Shown here piece by piece: positions 23,718-32,800 of a stretch of 64,000 bases of DNA. The DNA is from Eubacteriales bacterium (GTDB taxonomy: Bacteria; Bacillota; Clostridia; Oscillospirales; CAG-272). The stretch is taken from positions 628 through 64,627 of the forward strand of contig JAZTXP010000044.1 of NCBI GenBank assembly GCA_045636465.1, written 5' to 3'. The notes beneath the pieces are model-generated. The model made no database searches and had not been told where the DNA came from. It saw only the letters and a program-made list of their open reading frames with translations. The position numbers and the translations under genes are program-made. The first letter of the stretch is position 1. Every line of letters begins with the position of its first letter.

Positions 23718-25058
23718 TTAATTGCCAAGTCTTGCTTCAAGCTCGCGGCGAAGCTCCTCATAACCGGGCTTTCCGAGAAGTGCAAACATATTTTTCTTAT
23801 ACGCCTCAACACCGGGCTGGTCGAAGGGGTTAACACCCATCAGGTAACCGGACATTGCGCAAGCAAACTCGAAGAAGTAAACGATATAGCCAAAGGAATA
23901 CGCGCTTCTGTCGTCAAGCTCGATAAGAATATTGGGAACGCCGCCGTCCTTGTGCGCCATAAGAGTTGCAAGCATAGCAGTCTTGTTTACGTGATCAAGC
24001 TGCTGACCTGCGATGAAGTTAAGTCCGTCAACGTTGAGAGGATCGTGAGGAATTTCAAATTTTGCGCCGCTATCCTTTACGTTAAGAACCGTCTCAAAGA
24101 GAACTCTTTGGCCCTCTTGAATGTACTGACCGAGAGAATGAAGGTCTGTAGAGAAAATAACAGATGCCGGGAAGAGCCCCTTGTTGTCCTTTCCGTCGCT
24201 CTCGCCGTAAAGCTGCTTCCACCACTCGTTGAACATAAGAAGGAAGGGCTCGTAGCCAACGAGAATTTCGGTAGTCTTCCCTTTTCTCATAAGGATATTT
24301 CTGATAACCGCATACTTGAGGGCATCGTTGTTATCAATAGAGCTGTTGGAATATGCCGCTCTTGCATCGCGAGCGCCCTGCATCATCTGGTCGATGTCAA
24401 TACCTGCGCAAGCGATAGGAAGAAGACCAACTGCTGTAAGCACAGAATATCTTCCGCCTACATCATCGGGAACAACGAAGGTCTCATATCCTGCCTCATC
24501 GGAGAACTTCTTAAGAGTTCCGCGTGCCTTGTCGGTAGTAACAAAGATACGCTCGCGAGCGCCTTCCTCGCCGTACTTTTCAATAAGAAGAGACTTGAAT
24601 ACTCTGAATGCGATAGCGGGTTCTGTGGTGGTTCCGGATTTGGAAATAACGTTTACAGAGATATCCTTGCCTTCGCAGATAGAGAGAAGCTCGACCAAAG
24701 CTGTAGGAGAAATATTATTACCCGCGAAATAGATATCGGGGGTATCCTTCTTAAGATTGTTATAAAGAGGGCTCTTAACAAATTCAATTGCCGCTCTCGC
24801 GCCAAGGTAAGATCCGCCGATACCGATAACTACAAGAATATCGGAGTTCTTCTTGATCTTTTCTGCCGCAACCTTGATTCTTGCGAATTCTTCCTTATCA
24901 TAGTTTTCGGGAAGATCTACCCATCCGTGGAAGTCATTTCCGGGGCTTACTCCGGTCTTAAGCAGATCGTAGGCAACCTTAGCTGCAGGCTGCATATATT
25001 CGACTTCGTGGTCAGATACAAAGCCTGACAAAAAGTCTGTTTTAAGCTTTAAGCTCAT
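23718..25058 (-). CDS. pgi: Glucose-6-phosphate isomerase
   Basis: [10 protein letters not shown] and a typical Firmicute Pgi sequence throughout. AAAGGAA RBS before the ATG at 25058, so the upstream 20 codons were rejected. Confidence 0.9.
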   Translation of the reverse strand: MSLKLKTDFLSGFVSDHEVEYMQPAAKVAYDLLKTGVSPGNDFHGWVDLPENYDKEEFARIKVAAEKIKKNSDILVVIGIGGSYLGARAAIEFVKSPLYNNLKKDTPDIYFAGNNISPTALVELLSICEGKDISVNVISKSGTTTEPAIAFRVFKSLLIEKYGEEGARERIFVTTDKARGTLKKFSDEAGYETFVVPDDVGGRYSVLTAVGLLPIACAGIDIDQMMQGARDARAAYSNSSIDNNDALKYAVIRNILMRKGKTTEILVGYEPFLLMFNEWWKQLYGESDGKDNKGLFPASVIFSTDLHSLGQYIQEGQRVLFETVLNVKDSGAKFEIPHDPLNVDGLNFIAGQQLDHVNKTAMLATLMAHKDGGVPNILIELDDRSAYSFGYIVYFFEFACAMSGYLMGVNPFDQPGVEAYKKNMFALLGKPGYEELRRELEARLGN

Positions 25059-25146
25059 ATTTTTAATTCCTTTCAAAAAAGATTCTTTAATAACGGTTAT
25101 ATTATACAATAAATTCAAGGATTTTTCAAGAGCATTTTAAATATAT

Positions 25147-26322
25147 TTACACCCCTGAAATAATTTTTTTTATTATCCTGCCGACTACGTCAAAAAGATT
25201 GATTTTTTCCACAGGGGATTCTACGTAAATTTCAGCTTCGCCTATCACAGTGTCGCCAATCTTATATGTGATCTTCCCTACCCTCTGCTCCGATTCCAAG
25301 GGAGCGATCAGACATTCGGGAATTTCATAAATTTCTTCCACCTTGCCTCCGCTCGATTTGTCTATAACAGCAGAAAATCCGGTGCTATATAGCATGGCGG
25401 TGTCTGTTTTCCCACCTTTTACGTAAGCATTTTCAAGGAATCCTGCCTTTGATTCAAACAGAGTGTAATTTGCAAAACCGTAGTCTAAAAGCTCTCTTGC
25501 AGCCAAGTTACGCTCATCCTTTGTTTTAGCACCTAAAACAACTGCGATAAGCTGCATATCACCGCGCTTTGCAGTAACGCTGATGCAGAAGCCCGCTTTA
25601 TCGGTAGAGCCCGTTTTCAAGCCGTTACAGCCATCGTAATATCTGATTAGCCTATTTGTATTGGTGAGAGTCATCTCACCGCCTCTGATGGAATCCTGCC
25701 AGGTGGAGCTATACTTCAGGATAAGATCGTATTTTATAAGCTCTCTTGAGATAGTTGCCACATCCTTCGCGCAGCTATGGTGTTTTTCCGTTGTATCGTC
25801 AAGTCCGGTCGTATTTTCAAAATATGTATTAACAAGATTTAACTGCCCTGCTTTTTCATTCATTTTCTTGACAAACAGCTTTTCGCTACCCGAAACTAGT
25901 TCAGCTAATGCAACCGATGCATCATTTGCGCTGGCGATAACTGCGCACTTTATAAGCTCTTCAACAGTAATAGCCTCGCCTTCCTCAAGAAAGACCTGGC
26001 TCCCACCCATAGATGCTGCATTTTTGCTGACATATACAATGTCATTGAGCTCAAATCTTCCCTCCTCAAGTGCCTCCATAACCAAAAGCAGAGTCATAAC
26101 CTTTGTAACCGATGCTATCTCGCAGCCCTCGCTTGCATTCATTTCAAATAGCTCTGTGTTTGTGCTTGCCTCTATCAAATACGCACTTTTTACGTCATGA
26201 TCATTGCCTCTTAAAACTGAGCTATGATCAACCTCTGGAAGTTCGCAAGCGGGAGTATTGAACCCGGGAAACAAGGTTGTAGCTGTTAACACCAAAGCGA
26301 CAAGTGTTCGTAGAATTTGCAT
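25147..26322 (-). CDS. Serine-type D-Ala-D-Ala carboxypeptidase (PBP5/DacB-DacF class)
   Basis: SVTK (SxxK), SANDA (SxN) and KTGST (KTG) motifs. Signal peptide present. GGAG RBS before the ATG at 26322. Confidence 0.85.
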   Translation of the reverse strand: MQILRTLVALVLTATTLFPGFNTPACELPEVDHSSVLRGNDHDVKSAYLIEASTNTELFEMNASEGCEIASVTKVMTLLLVMEALEEGRFELNDIVYVSKNAASMGGSQVFLEEGEAITVEELIKCAVIASANDASVALAELVSGSEKLFVKKMNEKAGQLNLVNTYFENTTGLDDTTEKHHSCAKDVATISRELIKYDLILKYSSTWQDSIRGGEMTLTNTNRLIRYYDGCNGLKTGSTDKAGFCISVTAKRGDMQLIAVVLGAKTKDERNLAARELLDYGFANYTLFESKAGFLENAYVKGGKTDTAMLYSTGFSAVIDKSSGGKVEEIYEIPECLIAPLESEQRVGKITYKIGDTVIGEAEIYVESPVEKINLFDVVGRIIKKIISGV

Positions 26323-26462
26323 AAAATCTTCTCCAATCATTGTTTTAGTAGATTCTATGCGGCTGTATGTAAATTATGAAAATGATATTGCATTTTGTCG
26401 GGAAAAAGTAGCTATGAATATAAAAAGGGCTATCACGCTTTCATTGTAATAGCCCCAAAAAA

Positions 26463-27230
26463 CTAATTCAGTTCATCAAGTGTTCCAAATTCATATCCCA
26501 TCTCCCGCCACTTCGTAATCAGTGACGGAAGAATATCCGCGTTGGTTTTCGAGGTGGGATGAAGAAGAATTATTGCACCGTTATGAGTATTGTCCAGTAT
26601 TTTTTTCATTGCCGCTTCGGCAGATGGTTGCCTTGAATTATCCCAGTCTGCATAAGCGAAGCTCCAAAAAACGGTTTTGTAGCCCATGTCGTTTACACAC
26701 CGAAGGGCATTCTCACTGTATTTACCCTCGGGAAATCTGAAGTATTTTGCCATTTCATATCCCGTATATTCGCGATAAATATCCTCCAGCTTCGTCAGAT
26801 CGGCTATGATGACTTCTCTACTGGCCCCGGCAAGATTTTTATGATTTTTCGTGTGGTTGCAAACATAATGACCGCCCTCTGCAATTCTCTTTACAAGATC
26901 CGTATTATCGATTATCAGGTGATCAAGAACAAAAAATGCGCCCTTTATATTTTCAGCATCCAGGGTATTCAAAATTCTTTCAATGTTTCCGTTTTCATAT
27001 CCTGCATCAAAGGTCAGATATAATTTCTTTTCTCCGTCGCACAAATTATCGTTAATATAATAGGTATTATATTTTTTTAGCATCTGATAATCGGGTGGCG
27101 GCGCGGGCGGCAGGTTGCCATTTCTTTTAATATACCATGATTTGCATTCCGAGCTTGCGTAGCATACGGAGGATGTAACGGTTGCGCATAGTAAGAAAAA
27201 GATTGTTATTTTATTTATAAATTTTATCAT
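26463..27230 (-). CDS. pdaA: Delta-lactam-biosynthetic de-N-acetylase (polysaccharide deacetylase, PdaA type)
   Basis: WYIKRNGNLPP...LYLTFDAGYENG...FFVLDHLI...CNHTKNH...ILLHP runs colinear with B. subtilis PdaA. Confidence 0.75.
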   Translation of the reverse strand: MIKFINKITIFFLLCATVTSSVCYASSECKSWYIKRNGNLPPAPPPDYQMLKKYNTYYINDNLCDGEKKLYLTFDAGYENGNIERILNTLDAENIKGAFFVLDHLIIDNTDLVKRIAEGGHYVCNHTKNHKNLAGASREVIIADLTKLEDIYREYTGYEMAKYFRFPEGKYSENALRCVNDMGYKTVFWSFAYADWDNSRQPSAEAAMKKILDNTHNGAIILLHPTSKTNADILPSLITKWREMGYEFGTLDELN

Positions 27231-27421
27231 CGCATAAATTCCTTTGAAAAAAGATTTGTCACATATATTTTTTCCATAGCGATAATAAAAATTCGAAAAA
27301 CTAAATATTTCGCGTCTGCAGTTTTTTGGCAGAAATCTTATTTGTCGTATTGGTTAAATCCGTATAAAAGGCGGAAACTTTACCGAAAAAGCTCCCGCCG
27401 ATTTTTATATAAACAAATTAA

Positions 27422-28186
27422 TTACCAATAGGTGTGTTGATCCAGCGGAAAAGGCGTATATTTATCCTTATAGGCAATACCGAGCGCCGCACCCATTATC
27501 TTCTTTGCGCCGAGCGAGCGGATAAGCATTGCCGCTTCTCCCATAGAGGCACCGCTTGTCACAATATCGTCGATTATCAATACTGTCTTTCCTGAAAGAT
27601 CGATTTCTTGGATCACGGAAAACTTTGCATTTTGCTTTCTTGATTCTCCGTGTAGCTTTTTCTGCTCCACTTTAATATCTGATTTTAAAATCTTTTCGTA
27701 CTTTGCTCCGATCCTTTTTGCTACTTCTTTGGCTAGCATTTCTGCATGATCATAGCCGTATTTAACTATGGAGTTATTGCTTCTGGGAACGTTTGTGACT
27801 ATGTAGCGCTCAGCTTTTGGAAAAGCATTATTGATCGATTTTACCATCTCCGACGCGCAAAACTCAAGAACATCCTTTCTGTTATGTCGCTTCAGACTGT
27901 ATATAGGAGCATTCAGCGGCAGCATATCCTCTCTTTGCATATAGCGGAATGACTTCGCCAGACGTCTTACATAATGCCCCTCGAGATATTCATTAGAGCA
28001 AATGCATTTATCAAGCTTTTTGTTACACCTTGCGCAGCTGCGGAATTTCATCTTTTCTCGCTTATCGATACATTTTTCGCATAAAGCGGATTCGGATATT
28101 TTCAGCCTTGTTTTGCAGCATACACAGGTGGGAACAGATACGTAAAAAAGTATCCGTTCCCATAACTCTGCTATATTAATTTTCAT
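27422..28186 (-). CDS. comFC: ComF-family protein (ComFC-type phosphoribosyltransferase domain)
   Basis: N-terminal Cys-rich zinc finger and the PRTase motif VLIIDDIVTSGAS. Confidence 0.75.
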   Translation of the reverse strand: MKINIAELWERILFYVSVPTCVCCKTRLKISESALCEKCIDKREKMKFRSCARCNKKLDKCICSNEYLEGHYVRRLAKSFRYMQREDMLPLNAPIYSLKRHNRKDVLEFCASEMVKSINNAFPKAERYIVTNVPRSNNSIVKYGYDHAEMLAKEVAKRIGAKYEKILKSDIKVEQKKLHGESRKQNAKFSVIQEIDLSGKTVLIIDDIVTSGASMGEAAMLIRSLGAKKIMGAALGIAYKDKYTPFPLDQHTYW

Positions 28187-29853
28187 TTTGTGTTTTTCGG
28201 GAAGCTGTCCTTAAGGCCAACTATTCTGTTAAATACACCCTCGTGCTTTGTGTCCTTAACAAAGTATCCGCATCTTACAAACTGGAATCTGTCTCCGCCT
28301 TTTGCACTGTTGAGAGATTCCTCTATCTTACAGCCGGAAAGCCTGATTGCGGAATTGTGATTAAGATAATCGTCGTAGGTCTTTCCCTCGGGAATATCGC
28401 CTGTGTTTTCGATATCGAAGAGGAAGTCGTAGAGCATAATATCGGTATCCTTCGCGTAAGCGGAGGAGAGCCAATGAATAGTTCCCTTCACCTTTCTACC
28501 GTCGATTGGCATACCGTTTCCGGTCTCCAGATCGGCAGTACAATGGATCTCGACAATGTTTCCTTCGTTATCTTTGATTATTTCGTTGCACTTAACGATG
28601 TATGCGCCCATAAGACGAACCTCTCCGCCGGGCTTCATTCTGAAGAACTTTGGAGGAGGTACCTCGGCAAAGTCATCGCTGTCAATATAAAGCTCTCTTG
28701 TGAAGGGGAGCTTTCTTGTGCCTACATCGGGATGGTTAGGATTATTAGATACCTCGAAGTATTCGAGCCTATCCTCGGGATAGTTTGTGATAACTACCTT
28801 TATAGGATGAAGTATGGCAATTCTTCTTTCTGCGGTATCATTAAGCTCCTCTCTTATGCAATGCTCCAGAAGCTCGTAATCAACTACGCTATAAGACTTA
28901 GCAACGCCTGCTCTTGCAACAAAATCAAAGATTGCCGCGGGAGTATATCCTCTTCTGCGCAAACCGCAGAGAGTGGGCATTCTGGGATCATCCCAGCCGT
29001 CAACAAGCTTTTCTTCAACAAGGCGTCGAAGATATCTCTTTGACATTACAGTGTGAGTCACGTTAAGTCTTGCGAACTCTCTCTGCTTGGGAGCAACTGC
29101 GAGAGGAGGATTAAACCTTACGTTCTCGATAACCCAATCGTAAAGAGGTCTGTGGTTTTCAAACTCTATGGAGCAAAGGGAATGTGTTATTCTCTCCGTA
29201 GCATCCTGGATAGGATGAGCATAATCGTAAAGAGGATAAATGCACCACTTATTACCCTGTCTATGATGGCTTGTGTGGACTATACGGTAGATGGCAGGAT
29301 CTCGCATATTCATATTAGATGAAGCCATATCGATCTTTGCGCGGAGTGTCTTTGCACCGTCGGGGAATTCACCATTCTTCATTCTCTCGAAAAGATCAAG
29401 GTTCTCTTCAACGCTTCTGTTGCGATAGGGGCTGTTCTTTCCGGGCTCTGTAAGAGTTCCGCGGTATTCTCTCATCTCATCGGCATTAAGGTCACAAACA
29501 TATGCTTTGCCGTCCTTGATTAGTCCTACTGCGTATTCGTAGCACATATCAAAGTAATCAGAGCCGTAGAATATTCCTCCCGTAGGCTCACATCCAAGCC
29601 ACATAAGATCCTCATAAATACTCTCTACGTACTCGTTATCCTCCTTGGAGGGGTTGGTATCGTCATATCTGAGATTAAAGCTTCCGCCATACTTTTTAGC
29701 AGTCATAGCATTGATCCAGATAGCCTTGGCAGAGCCTATATGGAGGTATCCGTTAGGCTCGGGTGGGAAACGGGTATGGATCTTAAGCTCGGGATTTTTT
29801 TCAAGATCCTCGTCGATAAGATCGTGTATGAAATTACTTCTTAATTCTTCCAT
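28183..29853 (-). CDS. glnS: Glutamine--tRNA ligase
   Basis: HIGH motif (PEPNGYLHIGSAK), VMSKR (the KMSKS motif), and overall GlnRS-like sequence and size. The start at internal M31 avoids overlap with the upstream gene. Confidence 0.85.
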   Translation of the reverse strand: MEELRSNFIHDLIDEDLEKNPELKIHTRFPPEPNGYLHIGSAKAIWINAMTAKKYGGSFNLRYDDTNPSKEDNEYVESIYEDLMWLGCEPTGGIFYGSDYFDMCYEYAVGLIKDGKAYVCDLNADEMREYRGTLTEPGKNSPYRNRSVEENLDLFERMKNGEFPDGAKTLRAKIDMASSNMNMRDPAIYRIVHTSHHRQGNKWCIYPLYDYAHPIQDATERITHSLCSIEFENHRPLYDWVIENVRFNPPLAVAPKQREFARLNVTHTVMSKRYLRRLVEEKLVDGWDDPRMPTLCGLRRRGYTPAAIFDFVARAGVAKSYSVVDYELLEHCIREELNDTAERRIAILHPIKVVITNYPEDRLEYFEVSNNPNHPDVGTRKLPFTRELYIDSDDFAEVPPPKFFRMKPGGEVRLMGAYIVKCNEIIKDNEGNIVEIHCTADLETGNGMPIDGRKVKGTIHWLSSAYAKDTDIMLYDFLFDIENTGDIPEGKTYDDYLNHNSAIRLSGCKIEESLNSAKGGDRFQFVRCGYFVKDTKHEGVFNRIVGLKDSFPKNTK

Positions 29854-29866
29854 TTTGTATGTCCTC

Positions 29867-30472
29867 TTAAATGTATAAGTGTTTTTTGTATTCTGAAATT
29901 GTCGTACTGTCTCCGTGTCCCGGATATAATACGGTGTCATCATCTAAGGCAATGATTTTTTTCAGGGATAAACGCATCGAATTTGTATTTCCGCTCGGAA
30001 GATCGCATCGTCCGTATCCGCCACCTGCAAAGGCAACGTCCCCGACGAAGGCCGATTTACCTACCGTATATACTACAGATCCTGCTGTATGACCGGGATA
30101 TTCCTCCACCAATATAGATTCATTTCCCAAAGTTAGAGTGTCGCCCGACTTCACTACTCTTACATCGCCCTCGTATCCTTTGTTCTGATAGAGGAAGATT
30201 GAATAACAATTCTTATATGAATCGGAAAGCGCATCAGCATCTTTCACGGAGATTATAACCTTCGCGCTTGTGGCAGATACCCAGGAGTCTATTTCAAGAA
30301 AATGGTCAAAATGACCGTGTGTAAGAAGAATATACTTGAGGACTCTTCCTTCGAGGATATCATCCGAATACGGTGCTGAGGGATCTATTACAGCACATTC
30401 ATCGCCGGAAGAGATGAGATACGTGTTTGATGCGTATGGAACTGTAGCCTTAAGCTTTTTTATTTCGATCAT
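29867..30472 (-). CDS. MBL-fold metallo-hydrolase
   Basis: THGHFDH metal-binding motif. About 200 aa, glyoxalase-II-like. Confidence 0.8.
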   Translation of the reverse strand: MIEIKKLKATVPYASNTYLISSGDECAVIDPSAPYSDDILEGRVLKYILLTHGHFDHFLEIDSWVSATSAKVIISVKDADALSDSYKNCYSIFLYQNKGYEGDVRVVKSGDTLTLGNESILVEEYPGHTAGSVVYTVGKSAFVGDVAFAGGGYGRCDLPSGNTNSMRLSLKKIIALDDDTVLYPGHGDSTTISEYKKHLYI

Positions 30473-30692
30473 AGCTGCTCCGCAAAAAAATCGTTTCTAT
30501 AAGTATACCACATATAAAGGAAAAAGTCTAGCATTTTTTGCATAAAAATTTAACTTTTTTATATTTTTAGCATAAAATAATAGTATCATCGAAAGAAAAG
30601 CAGGCTATGCTTGCTTTGATTATTCCCTTATGTGAGCGAGGTGTTCGGGCATAAAATACGTTTTAATATCTGTCAGTACTCCCACCTATGCA

Positions 30693-30866
30693 ATGAAGGT
30701 CAAAAGAATACTGCGTAACATAGGAATAAACGGAGAAATAATAAAAATAAATTCGGATATGGGTAAGGGCTGTACTCACGCCGTTAAAATCAACCGTGAT
30801 TTTCTTTACAAGGCGGCACAGATGCTGCGCCAAAATAATATCCCGTATTCCGTATTTGAGGGATAA
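30693..30866 (+). CDS. DUF3343-like small protein (putative S/Se-carrier partner of the downstream desulfurase). Its true start may be an ATA at 30651.
   Basis: Not in the ORF track. The in-frame upstream extension IKYVLISVSTPTYAMKVKRIL matches the usual DUF3343 N-terminus, and GAGGTG lies 7 nt before the ATA. Confidence 0.5.
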   Translation: MKVKRILRNIGINGEIIKINSDMGKGCTHAVKINRDFLYKAAQMLRQNNIPYSVFEG

Positions 30867-30869
30867 CAA

Positions 30870-32000
30870 ATGATTTACTTTGATAATGGAGCGACCACCT
30901 ATCCTAAGCCAAAATGCGTGATAAATGGCGTTAATTCCTGCATAAGACACAGAGGTGGAAATCCTTCTCGCAGCTCTCATAAGCTTTCGCTGTTGGCAGG
31001 CGAGGAGGTATATAAAACAAGAGAGGCAGTCGCTAAGCTGATCAATGCTCCTTTTGCGGAAAACGTAGTATTTACCTACAATGCCACATATGCTCTTAAT
31101 ATGGCGATAAAAACCATGATAACCGAAAAATGCCACGTAATTACATCGGATATTGAGCATAATTCTGTTATCAGGCCGTTGAAGATTCTTGAAAAAAAGG
31201 TAGGCATCGATATAAGTGAATACAACAGTGATCTGCCACTAAATGAAGCAATAATACCCATGATAAAACCTGACACGAGAGTGATTGTTTCAACACTTGC
31301 ATCAAACGTAACGGGTAAGGAAATTGATTTTTTCATATTATCCGATATCGCAAGAAAGTATTCGCTGAAGCTGATAATTGATGCATCTCAGGCGGCAGGA
31401 CACAAGATGATCGATATTTCCAAATGCGACTGCGATGTAATATGCGCACCTGCTCATAAGGCATTATTCGGCATACAGGGCGCGGGTTTCGCATACTTTA
31501 AGGATAGATATCGCAATGGTGATTTTATAGAGGGAGGAAGCGGGACCAATAGTCTCGAGCCAGCCATGCCAATGTTACTCCCGGAGGGATACGAGGCGGG
31601 AACCTTAGGGACACCGAGTATAGCTGCGCTGAGATATGGGATTGAATTTATAAATGATATCGGTATTGAAAATATCGAGCATCATCTGAATAAGCTCAGA
31701 ATGCTTACAACAGAAGGTCTGAGAGGGATAGAGGGGGTAGCGCTCTACAAATCCTACGGAGGAAACGTAATATTCAACCTGTGGGATATGTCGTCACATA
31801 CCTTGGCGGAAATTTTAAATGAAAATGATATTTATACCCGCGGGGGGCTTCAGTGCGCGCCGTCTGCCCATATCAAGCTGGGAACTTTGAATCGCGGTGC
31901 TGTCAGAGTATCCTTCTCGATCATGAACACCGGTGACGAGGTTGAGCATTTCTTGAAGATAATAAAGCGAATATCCGAAAAATACCAAGCTATTATCTAA
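30870..32000 (+). CDS. Cysteine desulfurase-family aminotransferase (class V)
   Basis: IYFDNGATTYPKP at the N-terminus, and a PLP-lysine region AHKALFG. Confidence 0.8.
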   Translation: MIYFDNGATTYPKPKCVINGVNSCIRHRGGNPSRSSHKLSLLAGEEVYKTREAVAKLINAPFAENVVFTYNATYALNMAIKTMITEKCHVITSDIEHNSVIRPLKILEKKVGIDISEYNSDLPLNEAIIPMIKPDTRVIVSTLASNVTGKEIDFFILSDIARKYSLKLIIDASQAAGHKMIDISKCDCDVICAPAHKALFGIQGAGFAYFKDRYRNGDFIEGGSGTNSLEPAMPMLLPEGYEAGTLGTPSIAALRYGIEFINDIGIENIEHHLNKLRMLTTEGLRGIEGVALYKSYGGNVIFNLWDMSSHTLAEILNENDIYTRGGLQCAPSAHIKLGTLNRGAVRVSFSIMNTGDEVEHFLKIIKRISEKYQAII

Positions 32001-32144
32001 AGATGCTATGCATAGAAATTAAAGAAATCATTAATAACAAGAAAGCGAGCATAAGGACGGAAGATGATTAAATCGGAGCAAACCCGAGATAACTCATCGT
32101 CCGTCAAAATGCTCGTTTTTTATGTTTTACTCAAGTAGCTTACC

Positions 32145-32672
32145 TTATTCAGTGCTACTATTTATCAGCTCCTCGATTTTGGAGAGAGTCATATGTTGGT
32201 ATTTCATAAAGCTGTTGCCGTTACAGTTTATCTTAATGTCGGCGTATTTTTCTAAAAGCGGGATCCTCTCATCAAACATATCCTTGATTGTTTTGCCGTT
32301 TTGGAGAACGACACCGCGTGAAGAAAAATCTCCCAAGCGCTCTGTTATGACAGGGATTCCGGCATACAGATAAATAACCTTGCCAAGAGACTTGAAGTGA
32401 GCCATTACGTCATCGTAGTATATGGCGCTTCCGCCGGGAGTTACAATAGCATTATCATCGTTTATTGAAAGAAGCGCACTGCGCTCAATTTCCTTGAAGG
32501 CATCGAGCCCTTCGGTATTAATGATGTCCTGAAGCTTTTGTCCGGTTTTCTGTATTATCAGCTTATCTCCGTCTATATGCTTCATATGGAGCTTCTTGGC
32601 AAGTATTTTGCCCATGCAGCTTTTGCCCACACCGGGCATTCCGATTATAGTAAAGGTCATAAGATTTCCCAT
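32145..32672 (-). CDS. aroK: Shikimate kinase
   Basis: GMPGVGKSCMGKILAKKL Walker A, followed by DGD and TPGGS motifs. The start is either 32672 or 32660. Confidence 0.8.
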   Translation of the reverse strand: MGNLMTFTIIGMPGVGKSCMGKILAKKLHMKHIDGDKLIIQKTGQKLQDIINTEGLDAFKEIERSALLSINDDNAIVTPGGSAIYYDDVMAHFKSLGKVIYLYAGIPVITERLGDFSSRGVVLQNGKTIKDMFDERIPLLEKYADIKINCNGNSFMKYQHMTLSKIEELINSSTE

Positions 32673-32800
32673 TCAATAGCATAAACTGCTGAAAAATATC
32701 AAATGAATTTTGAGAGTTTTTCTGTTTTTTATAATAAAATGATCGCCTTGATTTATATTCACCTTCAATGAATACAAAAATCCAAGGCGATCCTTTTATA

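Noticed and set aside
23952-25028. 358-aa plus-strand ORF, plus similar long antisense ORFs (28243-29043, 33599-34231, 36748-37710, 37911-38777, 49680-50330, 57828-58394, 58153-58731)
   Set aside because: Each lies antisense within a strongly supported housekeeping gene (pgi, glnS, glgP, glgD, glgC, recJ, ispH-rpsA). They have no RBS and no recognisable motifs.
25059-25118. Upstream starts listed in the ORF track for pgi, and likewise for glnS (29854-29943), recJ (50496-50615), glgB (40888-40911), cdaA (53208-53225), dacB-like (26323-26340) and the RpiR regulator (53387-53410)
   Set aside because: In each case an internal start has a proper SD sequence at 5-9 nt spacing. The internal start also removes the overlap with the neighbouring gene and matches the expected N-terminus of the family.
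30663-31160. 165-aa minus-strand ORF
   Set aside because: It lies antisense to the DUF3343-like gene and the start of the cysteine desulfurase gene. It has no RBS and no motifs.
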